A DNA stretch of 64,000 nucleotides from Marispirochaeta sp. (GCA_963676835.2 CAXXFF010000002.1:1632001-1696000), one strand, 5' to 3'. Positions 52,573-61,730 are shown, counted from the stretch's first letter. The notes: generated by a model from the sequence alone, not told the origin. A program made the numbers and translations.

Positions 52573-53535
52573 TTACTGTTCCCTGGGCTCAACAGATCCG
52601 ATAACAAAGGCTTCTGTGTTTTCCCTGCGGCATAGTTCCAAAAGCGATTCTTTTTCTGCTTCAGGAACAATCAGGGCCATGCCTATACCCATATTGAATA
52701 CCCGGTACATCTCTTCTGTATCAACCCCGCCTTTATCCTGAATAGCTGCAAAGATGGCAGGTACTTCCCAGTCTCTTGTCAGAACCGGTTTCAGCTTATC
52801 CGGAAGCACCCGGCTTATATTGCCTTCAAGTCCGCCTCCGGTAATATGGGCAGCACCGAGGATGAGGCCCGCGTCAATAATGGGGGAGAGTTCTTTTATG
52901 TAGATTTTAGTGGGGACAAGAAGCTCTCTGAACAGCTCGGTATCTGTTTCGGATATGGCTTTCCGCGCCAGGGAGAGACCGTTTGAATGGATGCCTGATG
53001 AAGGGAGACCTACGATCACATCTCCTGCCTGCATTTTGTCTTTTACGGGAAGCATCCGGCTTTTTTCAACCATGCCTACCGCAAACCCTGCAAGGTCAAA
53101 TTCATCCTTTGCATAAAGGTCGGGCATTTCAGCAGTTTCGCCTCCAGCCAGACGGCACTCGGCCTGCTCGCAGCCTTCTATTACACCCCGTACCAGGGGG
53201 TGAAGAATATCGTCATTAAGTCCCCCGACGGCAATATAGTCCAGAAAGAGCATGGGGCGGGCACCGCAGACAATAAGGTCGTTAACGCTCATGGCAACCA
53301 GGTCGATGCCGACGGTATCGTAGATGCCGAGCTTCTGGGCAACCAGCAGTTTGGTGCCTACTCCGTCGGTGCAGGAGAGGAGTACCGGCTGCTTGTAGCC
53401 GCTCATATCCAGTTCCATGCCTCCTGCAAACCCGCCGATACCGGGCCCCAGGGCCGGCGACTTTATTGAAGCGATAAATTGTGCAAAGCGGTCGCCGCCT
53501 TCAATATCTACACCTGCGTCTTTATAGGTACTCAT
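52573..53535 (-). CDS. purM: AIR synthetase
   Basis: YKDAGVD, TDGVGTK, GGETAEMP, HSNG, HITGGG; start moved to 53535. Confidence 0.98.
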   Translation of the reverse strand: MSTYKDAGVDIEGGDRFAQFIASIKSPALGPGIGGFAGGMELDMSGYKQPVLLSCTDGVGTKLLVAQKLGIYDTVGIDLVAMSVNDLIVCGARPMLFLDYIAVGGLNDDILHPLVRGVIEGCEQAECRLAGGETAEMPDLYAKDEFDLAGFAVGMVEKSRMLPVKDKMQAGDVIVGLPSSGIHSNGLSLARKAISETDTELFRELLVPTKIYIKELSPIIDAGLILGAAHITGGGLEGNISRVLPDKLKPVLTRDWEVPAIFAAIQDKGGVDTEEMYRVFNMGIGMALIVPEAEKESLLELCRRENTEAFVIGSVEPREQ

Positions 53536-53566
53536 CTGTAACTCCTGTTCAGTATTAGCGAAATTA

Positions 53567-54979
53567 TCAGCTGCACGAACTTGCCCCGCTGACTTCAAGG
53601 GGGTATTCACCTGAGAAACAGGCGTAGCAGTAGCCGTCTCCGTCTTTCAGGCAGTCGTGAAGACGCTTGCGGGAGAGGAATCGGACTGAATCCGCGTTAA
53701 TATGGGCTGCAATTTCTTCCGGACTTTTACTGTTTGAAATCAACTCTTCCCTGGTGGGGATATCTATCCCGTAATAGCAGGGAAATTTTATTTCCGGTGA
53801 TGATAAGCGGAGGTGAACCTCTGCCGCACCGGCTTCCCGCATAAGCTGGATGAGGATCCGACTGGTGGTACCTCTGACCAGGGAGTCATCAATGAGAATG
53901 ACCTTTTTGCCCCGGACGGCCTCCCTTACGGGGTGCAGCTTCATGCGTACGGCGAGTTCACGCATGGAGGTTGTTGGCATGATGAAGGAGCGTCCGGCAT
54001 AGTGGTTTCTTGTAAGGCCCTGCTCAAAGGGGAGTCCGGATTGCTCCGCATATCCAAGGGCTGCGCTGTTGCCGGAATCCGGGACAGGAATAACCATATC
54101 CCCTTCCACGGTTTCATCCAGAGCAAGAGCTGCCCCCATTGCTTTGCGCTTTAAGTGTACAGACTCGTCGAATACCATAGAATCCGGACGGGCGAAGTAG
54201 ATGAGTTCAAAGACACAGCGTTTAAGGGGTGCTGCAGGGGCGGCAAACTGCTCGCTTTTCAGCCCTTTATTATTGATCCAGATCATTTCGCCGGGTTTTA
54301 CCTCGCGAAACTCTCTGATCTTTAAAATATCCAGGGCACATGTCTCTGACGCAACCACTGTTGTGTCTCCGGAAAAGCCTATGTAAAGAGGCCTGAATCC
54401 CCAGGGGTCCCGGAATGCTACAAGGGTGTCCTCGTGGATCATGACAATACTGAAAGCACCTTCCAGTCTGGAGACAGATTCCTTCAGGGCTGAAGGGAAG
54501 TCGGGCTGCCGGGACCTTGCTATCATGTGCAGAATAAGCTCAGTGTCCGAGGAGCTTTGAAAAATCTGGCCCCCTTCGTAGAGCTCATCGTTAATGCATG
54601 AGGCATTGGAAATGTTGCCGTTATGGGCAATGGCGATGGACCCTTTATTGCAGCTTGCAGTAAAGGGCTGGGCGTTTTCAATCCTGTTGCCCCCTCTGGT
54701 CGAATAGCGGACATGTCCGATGCCGACAGTGGAAGGGTGGGGCTTTCTCAGGTACCGTTCAAGTACGCTCGATACCATACCAAGGTCCTTATAGGTGACT
54801 ATTCGGCCGGTACCGTCTTCGGGAGTCTCTTTTCTGTATGATATTCCAGCACTTTCCTGTCCTCTGTGCTGAAGGGAGAAAAGTCCATAGAATAATTTTT
54901 CCGGAATATTATCGGGGTTTGCGCTGTGGATACCCACAACCCCGCAATAATGTCTGGGGGAGTCGCTAGCTGGTTCCAT
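53567..54979 (-). CDS. purF: Amidophosphoribosyltransferase (propeptide, Fe-S type)
   Basis: HY|CGVVG, QHRGQE, GHVRYST, DDSLVRGTT, CYAC; start moved to 54979. Confidence 0.97.
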   Translation of the reverse strand: MEPASDSPRHYCGVVGIHSANPDNIPEKLFYGLFSLQHRGQESAGISYRKETPEDGTGRIVTYKDLGMVSSVLERYLRKPHPSTVGIGHVRYSTRGGNRIENAQPFTASCNKGSIAIAHNGNISNASCINDELYEGGQIFQSSSDTELILHMIARSRQPDFPSALKESVSRLEGAFSIVMIHEDTLVAFRDPWGFRPLYIGFSGDTTVVASETCALDILKIREFREVKPGEMIWINNKGLKSEQFAAPAAPLKRCVFELIYFARPDSMVFDESVHLKRKAMGAALALDETVEGDMVIPVPDSGNSAALGYAEQSGLPFEQGLTRNHYAGRSFIMPTTSMRELAVRMKLHPVREAVRGKKVILIDDSLVRGTTSRILIQLMREAGAAEVHLRLSSPEIKFPCYYGIDIPTREELISNSKSPEEIAAHINADSVRFLSRKRLHDCLKDGDGYCYACFSGEYPLEVSGASSCS

Positions 54980-55031
54980 TGAGAAGATATACCACCCTTT
55001 AAGCTCTCTGGTCAACATGCTCAATATCCGC

Positions 55032-55065
55032 AAAAAGAAAAGACCCCGGTTGAGGGGTCTTTTCT
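55032..55065 (-). terminator. Intrinsic terminator (possibly bidirectional)
   Basis: AGAAAAGACCCC/GGGGTCTTTTCT stem with T tail on the minus strand. Confidence 0.8.
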
Positions 55066-55097
55066 GGCTGAATACTGTGGTGAGGTTTTTTGTAAAA

Positions 55098-55253
55098 GGG
55101 CAGCTCTAAAAACTACTCTTTTCTCCATGTCCTGCGTCGTCAAGATTTCCCGCGGTCCTCCCCTGCACCAAAACAATTTTGGTGCAGGGTGCGGGCGCTA
55201 CAAAATCTCTCCTCCTTGGCTATGGCAAAAATACCACGTTTTTAGAGGTGTCC
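55098..55253. mobile_element. Putative MITE, 156 bp, non-autonomous
   Basis: Terminal inverted repeats GGGCAGCTCTAAAAAC / GTTTTTAGAGGTGTCC (14 of 16 match) enclosing a long internal hairpin; no transposase. Confidence 0.7.
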
Positions 55254-55258
55254 AGAAA

Positions 55259-56392
55259 TTATTTAATAAGGGTAGAATCCAGTGTATATCTGCGGGCTTC
55301 TTCGCTTAAGGTGAATCCCAGTCCGTTTCCGGAGGGCAGGTACATGCGGCCGTCCTTGATTTCCAGCCTCTCGTTGAACAGGGGTTCAAGCCACTCAAAA
55401 TGTTCAACCCAGGGTTCTGAGGGATAGCATGCGCTGGTGTGAATGTGGATTTCCATCACGAAGTGAGGGGCCATGCCGAGACCTTCCTGGGCTGCCTGGC
55501 TTGCCAGTTCCAGGTAAGGGGTAATGCCGCCGATTCTCGGCACATCGGGCTGCAGAATGTCAATTGAATGGTGCTCAATCAGTTTTTTATGCTCTGTTAC
55601 ACTGGAAAGCATCTCCCCTGTAGCAATAGGCGTATCCAGTTCGGCTGCGAGCATTGCATGACCTTCGGCATCATAGGTGTTAAGAGGTTCCTCTATCCAT
55701 ACCAGGTTAAACTCTTCCACGCTGCGGCCGAAACGCATGGCGGTAATTCTGTCCCACTGTTGATTGGCGTCAATCATAATGGGGACGTCATCTCCCAGGG
55801 CCTTCCTCAGGGCTTTTACCCTCTGAAAGTCCTTCTGAAAGTCAGGCTGCCCGACTTTCATTTTAACCCCTCGGATTCCCCGTGCCAGCGACGCCTGAGC
55901 CTTTTCTATGACTTCTTCGATGGAAGCCTGAAGATAGCCTCCGGAAGTGTTGTAGCATGGGACAGAATCCCGGTAGGATCCCATCAGTTTGGACAGGGGA
56001 AGATTGGCTCGTTTCGCTTTCAGGTCCCACAGTGCTGTGTCTATAGCGGCAATGGCCTGAACAGCAATACCGCTTCTGCCTACGGAGGCACCTGCCCACA
56101 TGAGCTTGTCCCAGATCTTTGCAATATCACTGGGATCATCTCCGATAATTAGGGAGGCAATCTCTTTGGCGTGTGCATACTGGCCGTCTCCGCCTACACG
56201 CAGAGAGTAGCTGAATCCCATTCCGGAAAATCCCTGTTCTGTCTCAATTTCCGCAAACAGCAGAGAAACGTCTTTCAGGGGTTTCTGCCGGCCTGTAAGA
56301 ACTTTTGCATCGCTTACGGGAATTTTAAGGGGGAGCAGGGCTGTGGAAAGCTTAATTGAACGTATAGAGTCGCTTTGGGTTATTCGGTTCAT
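55259..56392 (-). CDS. Mandelate racemase/enolase superfamily, L-talarate/galactarate dehydratase-like
   Basis: SDAKVLTGRQKP, WAGASVGRSG, YNTSGG, KxK (KMK), DANQ, EEP, GE, APHF; SD CAGGAG. Confidence 0.88.
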   Translation of the reverse strand: MNRITQSDSIRSIKLSTALLPLKIPVSDAKVLTGRQKPLKDVSLLFAEIETEQGFSGMGFSYSLRVGGDGQYAHAKEIASLIIGDDPSDIAKIWDKLMWAGASVGRSGIAVQAIAAIDTALWDLKAKRANLPLSKLMGSYRDSVPCYNTSGGYLQASIEEVIEKAQASLARGIRGVKMKVGQPDFQKDFQRVKALRKALGDDVPIMIDANQQWDRITAMRFGRSVEEFNLVWIEEPLNTYDAEGHAMLAAELDTPIATGEMLSSVTEHKKLIEHHSIDILQPDVPRIGGITPYLELASQAAQEGLGMAPHFVMEIHIHTSACYPSEPWVEHFEWLEPLFNERLEIKDGRMYLPSGNGLGFTLSEEARRYTLDSTLIK

Positions 56393-56492
56393 TGGTATCT
56401 CCTGATGTTACTCTGTATTTTAATAATGTATGCAAAATATGCTATGGAATATTCAGCAAATATTTGTACTATAAACACAAAAAATCATAAAA

Positions 56493-57497
56493 TTATTCAG
56501 AGATTGAGGAGCTCAGTTCCTGCAGAAAGGTATTGAAATATTTCCGGTATTCTTCGGCGCTTTCACAATGGACAAGATTGTTGCGGAAGGCGGCAGAGCC
56601 GGGAATCCCCTTTGAGTAGGCGCACAGCTGCTTTTTCATCTCTTTAATGGCTGTACGTTCCGGTTTGGTTTCCAGTACCCGTTCAAGATGTGTCAGGGCG
56701 GTGCGTATCCGTTCTTCCGCTGTTGGCGAGGGCAGGTGGTTTCCAGCTCCCAGGAGTGAACGGATTTCCCTGAAGAGAAAAGGATTGCCGATACCGCCGC
56801 GGGCGATCATGATTCCGTCACAGCCTGTCTGTTCTAGCATTCGCTGTGCGTCATCAGCGCGGAATATGTCGCCATTGCCGATTACGGGAATATCAAGCTT
56901 CTGTTTCAGCTCGGCAATCTTGTCCCAGTCGGCACTGCCTCCGTAGGCCTGGCTCCTGGTTCTGCCGTGCATGGTTATGCATACCGCTCCCGCATCCTGT
57001 GCGCGAAGTCCGGCTTCGATGAATGTATAGGAGTTGTGGTCCCATCCGGTGCGGATTTTTACACTCACCGGAATATCCGTTGCCTTCCGTACTGCTGCTA
57101 CAAGTCTGCCTATTTTCTCAGGATCTTTCATCAGTGCCGCTCCGGCACCGTTTTTTATCACCTTGGGTACGGGACAGCCGCAGTTGATATCAATAACCGC
57201 AGGTTTCCAACGGGCAAGGATTGCGGCTGCCGGACCTGCCGCTTCTTCCGAGGATGTGAAAATCTGGATTCCGTAGATATCTTCATTCTCTCCCCGCTCC
57301 AGAAGGTCGAAGGTTTTACTGTTGTCCCTTACCAGGGCTTCGCATGAGACCATTTCTGTGTAGCAGAGCGAGGCTCCGAAGGAGCGGGCAAGTTCGCGAA
57401 AGGCTTTATCTGTGTACCCCGCCAGGGGGGCACACAGAATGTTTCCGTCAGTAGTTATGGAGCCGAAGGTAAGGGGGTGAAAAAGGGGAGAGGCCAC
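56493..57497 (-). CDS. dusB: tRNA-dihydrouridine synthase (GTG start)
   Basis: APLAG, INCGCP, VKIR, HGRT, GNGDI. Confidence 0.93.
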   Translation of the reverse strand: MASPLFHPLTFGSITTDGNILCAPLAGYTDKAFRELARSFGASLCYTEMVSCEALVRDNSKTFDLLERGENEDIYGIQIFTSSEEAAGPAAAILARWKPAVIDINCGCPVPKVIKNGAGAALMKDPEKIGRLVAAVRKATDIPVSVKIRTGWDHNSYTFIEAGLRAQDAGAVCITMHGRTRSQAYGGSADWDKIAELKQKLDIPVIGNGDIFRADDAQRMLEQTGCDGIMIARGGIGNPFLFREIRSLLGAGNHLPSPTAEERIRTALTHLERVLETKPERTAIKEMKKQLCAYSKGIPGSAAFRNNLVHCESAEEYRKYFNTFLQELSSSISE

Positions 57498-57509
57498 GCC
57501 TGGGGTTTT

Positions 57510-58283
57510 CTACTCCTGAATACCGAAAAAGCGGCAGGCGTTATCGTAAAGAATATCCGACATCTCTTCTTTATCTATACCCCGGAGTTCTGCAAGAAAT
57601 TCTGCAGTGGAGCCGATGTATGAAGGTCTGTTACGTTTTCCCCGGTAGGCTGCGGGCACCATGAAGGGGCTTTCCGACTCGATGAGCATCCGGTCCAGGG
57701 GCATGTTGAGGGCTGTCTCATGCAGGTTTTTTGCGTTTCTATAGGTGACATTGCCGGCAAAGGAGATGTAGAGATTCAGCTCCAGAGCCTTCTGGGCATA
57801 CTGCCAGTCTTCGGAATAGCAATGGAGAACTCCGCCTTTGTCCGGAAGTTTTTCCCTGAGAATTTCAAGAACATCCTGACCAGCTTCCCTGTTATGAATA
57901 ATCACCGGAAAATCAAGCTTTGATGCAATCTCCAGCTGCCGGATAAACAGCTCTATCTGACTGTCCCGGTTGCCGAATTTACGGAAATAATCGAGTCCAA
58001 TCTCACCAATAGCCACAATTCGTTCAAAAGCGGCGCCTTCGATAACTTTTCTTTCCCATTCTTTGCCGGGATGCGCAACTTCTGAGGGGGAAACGCCGAT
58101 ACTGTGATATATATGGTTAGCAGTTTTCAGGTTTTCATATACCTGAAAAAAATCCTGCAGATTATTGCAGATGGAGACAATATGCTGAACCCCGGCCTGT
58201 TTGGCCTCGGAAACAATTATAAGCTGATCAATGGGGTCCTCATTGATAAGCCCTATATGAGCGTGAGTGTCAAAAAACTTCAT
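57510..58283 (-). CDS. tatD: TatD-family nuclease
   Basis: DTHAH, GEIGLDY, IIHNR, LHCY; start moved to 58283. Confidence 0.93.
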   Translation of the reverse strand: MKFFDTHAHIGLINEDPIDQLIIVSEAKQAGVQHIVSICNNLQDFFQVYENLKTANHIYHSIGVSPSEVAHPGKEWERKVIEGAAFERIVAIGEIGLDYFRKFGNRDSQIELFIRQLEIASKLDFPVIIHNREAGQDVLEILREKLPDKGGVLHCYSEDWQYAQKALELNLYISFAGNVTYRNAKNLHETALNMPLDRMLIESESPFMVPAAYRGKRNRPSYIGSTAEFLAELRGIDKEEMSDILYDNACRFFGIQE

Positions 58284-58370
58284 GTTGGCATCCAGTGTGT
58301 GAGGATTACGCGGACTCGTGGCGTATACAAGGCCAAAATACCACGAAGTCCTGTTGTCGTCAATAATTAT

Positions 58371-58399
58371 TTGACAAAGTTTTGCCAACATGGTAGTCT
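58371..58399 (+). promoter_or_regulatory. sigma70 promoter for the M23 gene
   Basis: TTGACA-17 nt-TAGTCT; SD GAGGAG before GTG 58444. Confidence 0.7.
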
Positions 58400-58443
58400 T
58401 TCACCGTTCCGGGCTTTTGACTGCAGTCCCCGAGGAGTAGGTT

Positions 58444-59451
58444 GTGTCCCCCGCTAACCAGTATAAAAAGGTAGAGAATAAAGTATTTCTCACCGTTGGC
58501 AGACTGTTCTTCAGGCTTTTTTCCTCCATCGGCAACTTCTTCAGCCGGCTTATAGCCCTCGGACGCCAGCGATTCACGGTTATGTTTATTCCCCATTCAG
58601 AAAAGAAGATCTTCAATTTCAAGATCTCTGTTTTTGCAATGGTTTTCTTTGCTGTTCTTCTCTCGGGAGTTGTCTCCTTTTTCTTCTTTTACGGAACTCA
58701 TTTTTCCGGTATCTCCTCCCTGCTGCAGAACCGCTCTGCTTCTCTGGAAAATACCCAGGCAAACCTTGAACTGATCCGTGATGAGATCACAACCCTGAAA
58801 AAGTCTTCCCGTGTTTTTGAAACATCCCTCAATGAAGCTCTTTCCACGTTGGGACTTCAGGAGAGAACTTCTCCCCAGCCCAGTGCCGAGGGTGACCTTT
58901 CCAGCTTCCTCGGTATGGAGGAGCAGCAGGAAGGGGTAATGCGGGAGTTGAGTGATCTCCAGAGTATGGGAGCCCTCTTTCTTGATTCCTCGAAATCACT
59001 GGAGAGTATATCAAAGCTGCTTTCAGCCCAGGGCGACCTTCTGTATGATCTTCCCTCCATCTGGCCCGTTGAAGGCGGTATTGGTCGCATAACCAACCAT
59101 TTCGGTCCTGCAGAGCATCCCTTTACCCATCAGTGGTATCTGCATAAAGGGATTGATATTGCATACGGCTATGGTATCCCGATTATTGCCTCTGCCAATG
59201 GAAAGATCGTAGAACGAAAATATGAGCCCCTTGGATTTGGTAATTACGTCCTTATCCGGCATAAGTACGGGTTCTATACCAAATATGCCCATATGGGCCG
59301 GGTTTTTGTCCGCGAGGGTGATACGGTAACCCAGGGACAGAAGCTCGGAACTATGGATTCAACAGGACTCTCAACCGGTCCTCATCTGCATTATGAAGTC
59401 CGTATCGGATCTCAGGTTGTAGATCCTGCCCGCTTCCTTAATATTAAATAG
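58444..59451 (+). CDS. M23-family peptidoglycan endopeptidase with TM and coiled coil
   Basis: HKGID (HxxxD), YAH, STGPHLHYE. Confidence 0.93.
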   Translation: MSPANQYKKVENKVFLTVGRLFFRLFSSIGNFFSRLIALGRQRFTVMFIPHSEKKIFNFKISVFAMVFFAVLLSGVVSFFFFYGTHFSGISSLLQNRSASLENTQANLELIRDEITTLKKSSRVFETSLNEALSTLGLQERTSPQPSAEGDLSSFLGMEEQQEGVMRELSDLQSMGALFLDSSKSLESISKLLSAQGDLLYDLPSIWPVEGGIGRITNHFGPAEHPFTHQWYLHKGIDIAYGYGIPIIASANGKIVERKYEPLGFGNYVLIRHKYGFYTKYAHMGRVFVREGDTVTQGQKLGTMDSTGLSTGPHLHYEVRIGSQVVDPARFLNIK

Positions 59452-59568
59452 CAGAAACAGAAAATACCTTCTTCTCTTTTTGTCTCTTTGTATAACTCTC
59501 CTTGATAAATTCCAGTACAGCGGGTAGTATTATGTACGATTTCCTAAAAAGAGACGGTTTTTATTAAG

Positions 59569-59973
59569 ATGAGCGATGTAATCGGTGCCGACGGCGCTTT
59601 TATTAATTCATTTATTGGAGAGGGGACCCGCTTTGAAGGCAACATAGAGTTGTCCGGTCTTCTAAGAATCGACGGAGACTACCAGGGATCTGTCCGTACG
59701 GAAGGCAAGGTTCTGGTGGGCAAGAGCGGCCGGGTAGAAGGCATGATCAGTGCCCGTACGGTTGTAATCGGCGGTGCAGTAAAGGGTGATATCCAGTGCA
59801 GTGAGAAGGTTGTTATTCTTTCCAGCGGCCTTGTACTGGGAAATATCCGTTCCCCGAAGATGATTGTGGAATCCGGGGTTATCTTTCATGGAGAGTGTAC
59901 TGTCGCCGGAGACAGCGAGGATCTTGAAAATATCACCGACGATGCCAGGGCATACCAGCCTTTTGGGGCCTGA
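59569..59973 (+). CDS. Bactofilin (polymer-forming cytoskeletal protein)
   Basis: IGEGTRFEGNI, LRIDG, VKGDI, GVIFHGEC; upstream TTGATA-17 nt-TAGTAT at 59502-59530. Confidence 0.93.
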   Translation: MSDVIGADGAFINSFIGEGTRFEGNIELSGLLRIDGDYQGSVRTEGKVLVGKSGRVEGMISARTVVIGGAVKGDIQCSEKVVILSSGLVLGNIRSPKMIVESGVIFHGECTVAGDSEDLENITDDARAYQPFGA

Positions 59974-60455
59974 TGGACAGAATTGATCCGCTGACAGGGT
60001 CTGCTATTCCATTCAGGCAGGCTGAAAAAAAGCGGGTAGATAAAAAGAAGAAGGTATCCGGCGGTTTTCTGTCTACATTACAGGAAAGCTCCGGTGCCGG
60101 TACTGTCATGCCGGATATGGATCTTACTGAAGCGGATCTTGAAGCGCTTCTGGATGAGATTCACTCTGCGGGAGAAAATCTTGCGGAAGATCCGGGCATG
60201 CGGAACGTAATGCAGTATAAGAAAGCCGTTCAGCGTTTTCTGCACTTTGTTGTGAAGAACAACAGGCAGCTGGAACACCAGGAAGGCGCACGGTTAAGTA
60301 TCTTCAAGCAGCCCAAGCGCTACACCCTGATTGCTGTGGTGGATCGCAAACTTGAACAGCTTGCTGCGGGGGTGCTGCAGAATCAGGCTGATAAACTTGA
60401 AATCCTTAAAAGGGTAGAAGAAATTCAGGGTCTTCTGGTTGATATAGCCGGTTGA
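59973..60455 (+). CDS. yaaR: YaaR/DUF327 family protein
   Basis: YKKAVQRFL, VDRKLEQLA, EIQGLLVD. Confidence 0.85.
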   Translation: MDRIDPLTGSAIPFRQAEKKRVDKKKKVSGGFLSTLQESSGAGTVMPDMDLTEADLEALLDEIHSAGENLAEDPGMRNVMQYKKAVQRFLHFVVKNNRQLEHQEGARLSIFKQPKRYTLIAVVDRKLEQLAAGVLQNQADKLEILKRVEEIQGLLVDIAG

Positions 60456-60490
60456 GTAACCGGTTATTTCCGGAAGACTGAGGATGTACT

Positions 60491-61357
60491 ATGGATAATA
60501 ATCAGGAAAATCCTGTTGAGACTTGTTGTTACCGGATAAAGATAAAGCATTCAAGCGAAACTCATCATATTGTCTATCCTGCAGCCGAAGCGCTGCAGAG
60601 AGGAGACAATGTGGTGGTTAACTCCCGCTATGGAAAAGACCTTGCTGAGGTTTTAGGGCCTTCCTGCTGTCATGAGGCAAACAGCAAGAATAGTGATGAG
60701 GTTGGCGTTATCAAGAAGGCAGATGAGCAGGACCTTGCCAGATATGAAGCCAATATCGAACGGGAGCGGGAAGCCCTGAGCATATGCCGGGAGAAGGTTG
60801 AAGCCCGCCAGCTGGATATGAAGCTGGTTTCCGCCCATTATCTTGAAGATGAGTCAAAATTGCTCTTTTTCTTTTCTGCTGAAGCCCGGGTTGACTTCCG
60901 CGAACTGGTCAAGGATCTTGTGGCAATCTTCAAGACGCGTATTGAGCTTCGCCAGATTGGTGTGCGTGATGAATCCAGGGTACTCGGCGGTGTTGCTGTA
61001 TGCGGACGAGTGCTCTGCTGTAACGGCATTACGGATAAACTTAATCCGGTATCCATCAAGATGGCTAAAGAGCAGAATCTGAGCCTCAATTCAATGAAAA
61101 TTTCCGGGCCTTGCGGCCGTCTTCTCTGCTGTCTCTCTTATGAGTATGATTTCTACAAAGAAGAGAAGCGGACATTTCCGCCGGAAGGTGCACGACTTCC
61201 CTTCGGCGGCCTCACATACAAGGTTGCAGAGGTGAATGTTCTGTCCAGGATGGTAAAGCTTCATTCCTCTGAAGGCGGGATAACAGATCAGCCTCTGGAT
61301 AATTTTGAAAGGGATCAGGAGTCCCGCCGCTGGCGTATTGTCCGGATGGAAGAGTAG
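60491..61357 (+). CDS. yaaT: PSP1/YaaT (RicT) protein
   Basis: RVDFRELVKDL, RIELRQIGVRDE, CGRVLCC, CGRLLCCL. Confidence 0.93.
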   Translation: MDNNQENPVETCCYRIKIKHSSETHHIVYPAAEALQRGDNVVVNSRYGKDLAEVLGPSCCHEANSKNSDEVGVIKKADEQDLARYEANIEREREALSICREKVEARQLDMKLVSAHYLEDESKLLFFFSAEARVDFRELVKDLVAIFKTRIELRQIGVRDESRVLGGVAVCGRVLCCNGITDKLNPVSIKMAKEQNLSLNSMKISGPCGRLLCCLSYEYDFYKEEKRTFPPEGARLPFGGLTYKVAEVNVLSRMVKLHSSEGGITDQPLDNFERDQESRRWRIVRMEE

Positions 61358-61478
61358 AACTATTGACTCCCTGAGCCAGAGCGTGCTAAATTCAGCCACG
61401 ATTTTCACAAACCCGGAAATGGATCACGGCGATACTGAATGTCGTTGTGTAATTATAAATCCGAAAAGGAGTTAAACG

Positions 61479-61649
61479 ATGGCACAGATAAGTAAGAACG
61501 CCCGTGCAGGTTCCGCGACCCAGAAATTTGAGTGCCCCTGCGGCGGCGAAGTAAAAATGAAGTCTATTTTCGCCAATGGACGGCTTAGAAATGTTGCGGA
61601 ATGTGAAAAGTGCAAACGCACTGAAAGACGGCCGCGGGATTTCCGTTAG
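61479..61649 (+). CDS. 56-aa basic Zn-ribbon protein (absent from ORF track)
   Basis: MAQISKNARAGSATQKFECPCGGEVKMKSIFANGRLRNVAECEKCKRTERRPRDFR; SD AAGGAG, upstream promoter and downstream hairpin. Confidence 0.85.
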   Translation: MAQISKNARAGSATQKFECPCGGEVKMKSIFANGRLRNVAECEKCKRTERRPRDFR

Positions 61650-61670
61650 AAACATTTTTTTGTGATTGAT

Positions 61671-61700
61671 GAGGCCGCACCTCGTGCGGCCTCTTATTCT
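61671..61700 (+). terminator. Terminator-like hairpin after the small Zn-ribbon gene
   Basis: GAGGCCGCAC/GTGCGGCCTC stem followed by TTATTCT. Confidence 0.7.
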
Positions 61701-61701
61701 C

Positions 61702-61730
61702 TTGACAGGAAAGGATTTATCTGGTAGTGT
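61702..61730 (+). promoter_or_regulatory. sigma70 promoter for rpsT
   Basis: TTGACA-17 nt-TAGTGT. Confidence 0.7.

Noticed and set aside
55154..55187. TGCACCA...TGGTGCA as an NtrC enhancer
   Set aside because: The half-site spacing is longer than the NtrC consensus, no sigma54 promoter is evident, and the motif is explained as the central stem of the MITE.
61392..61655. Minus-strand 87-aa ORF upstream of rpsT
   Set aside because: Antisense to the 56-aa Zn-ribbon gene, which has the SD, promoter and terminator support.
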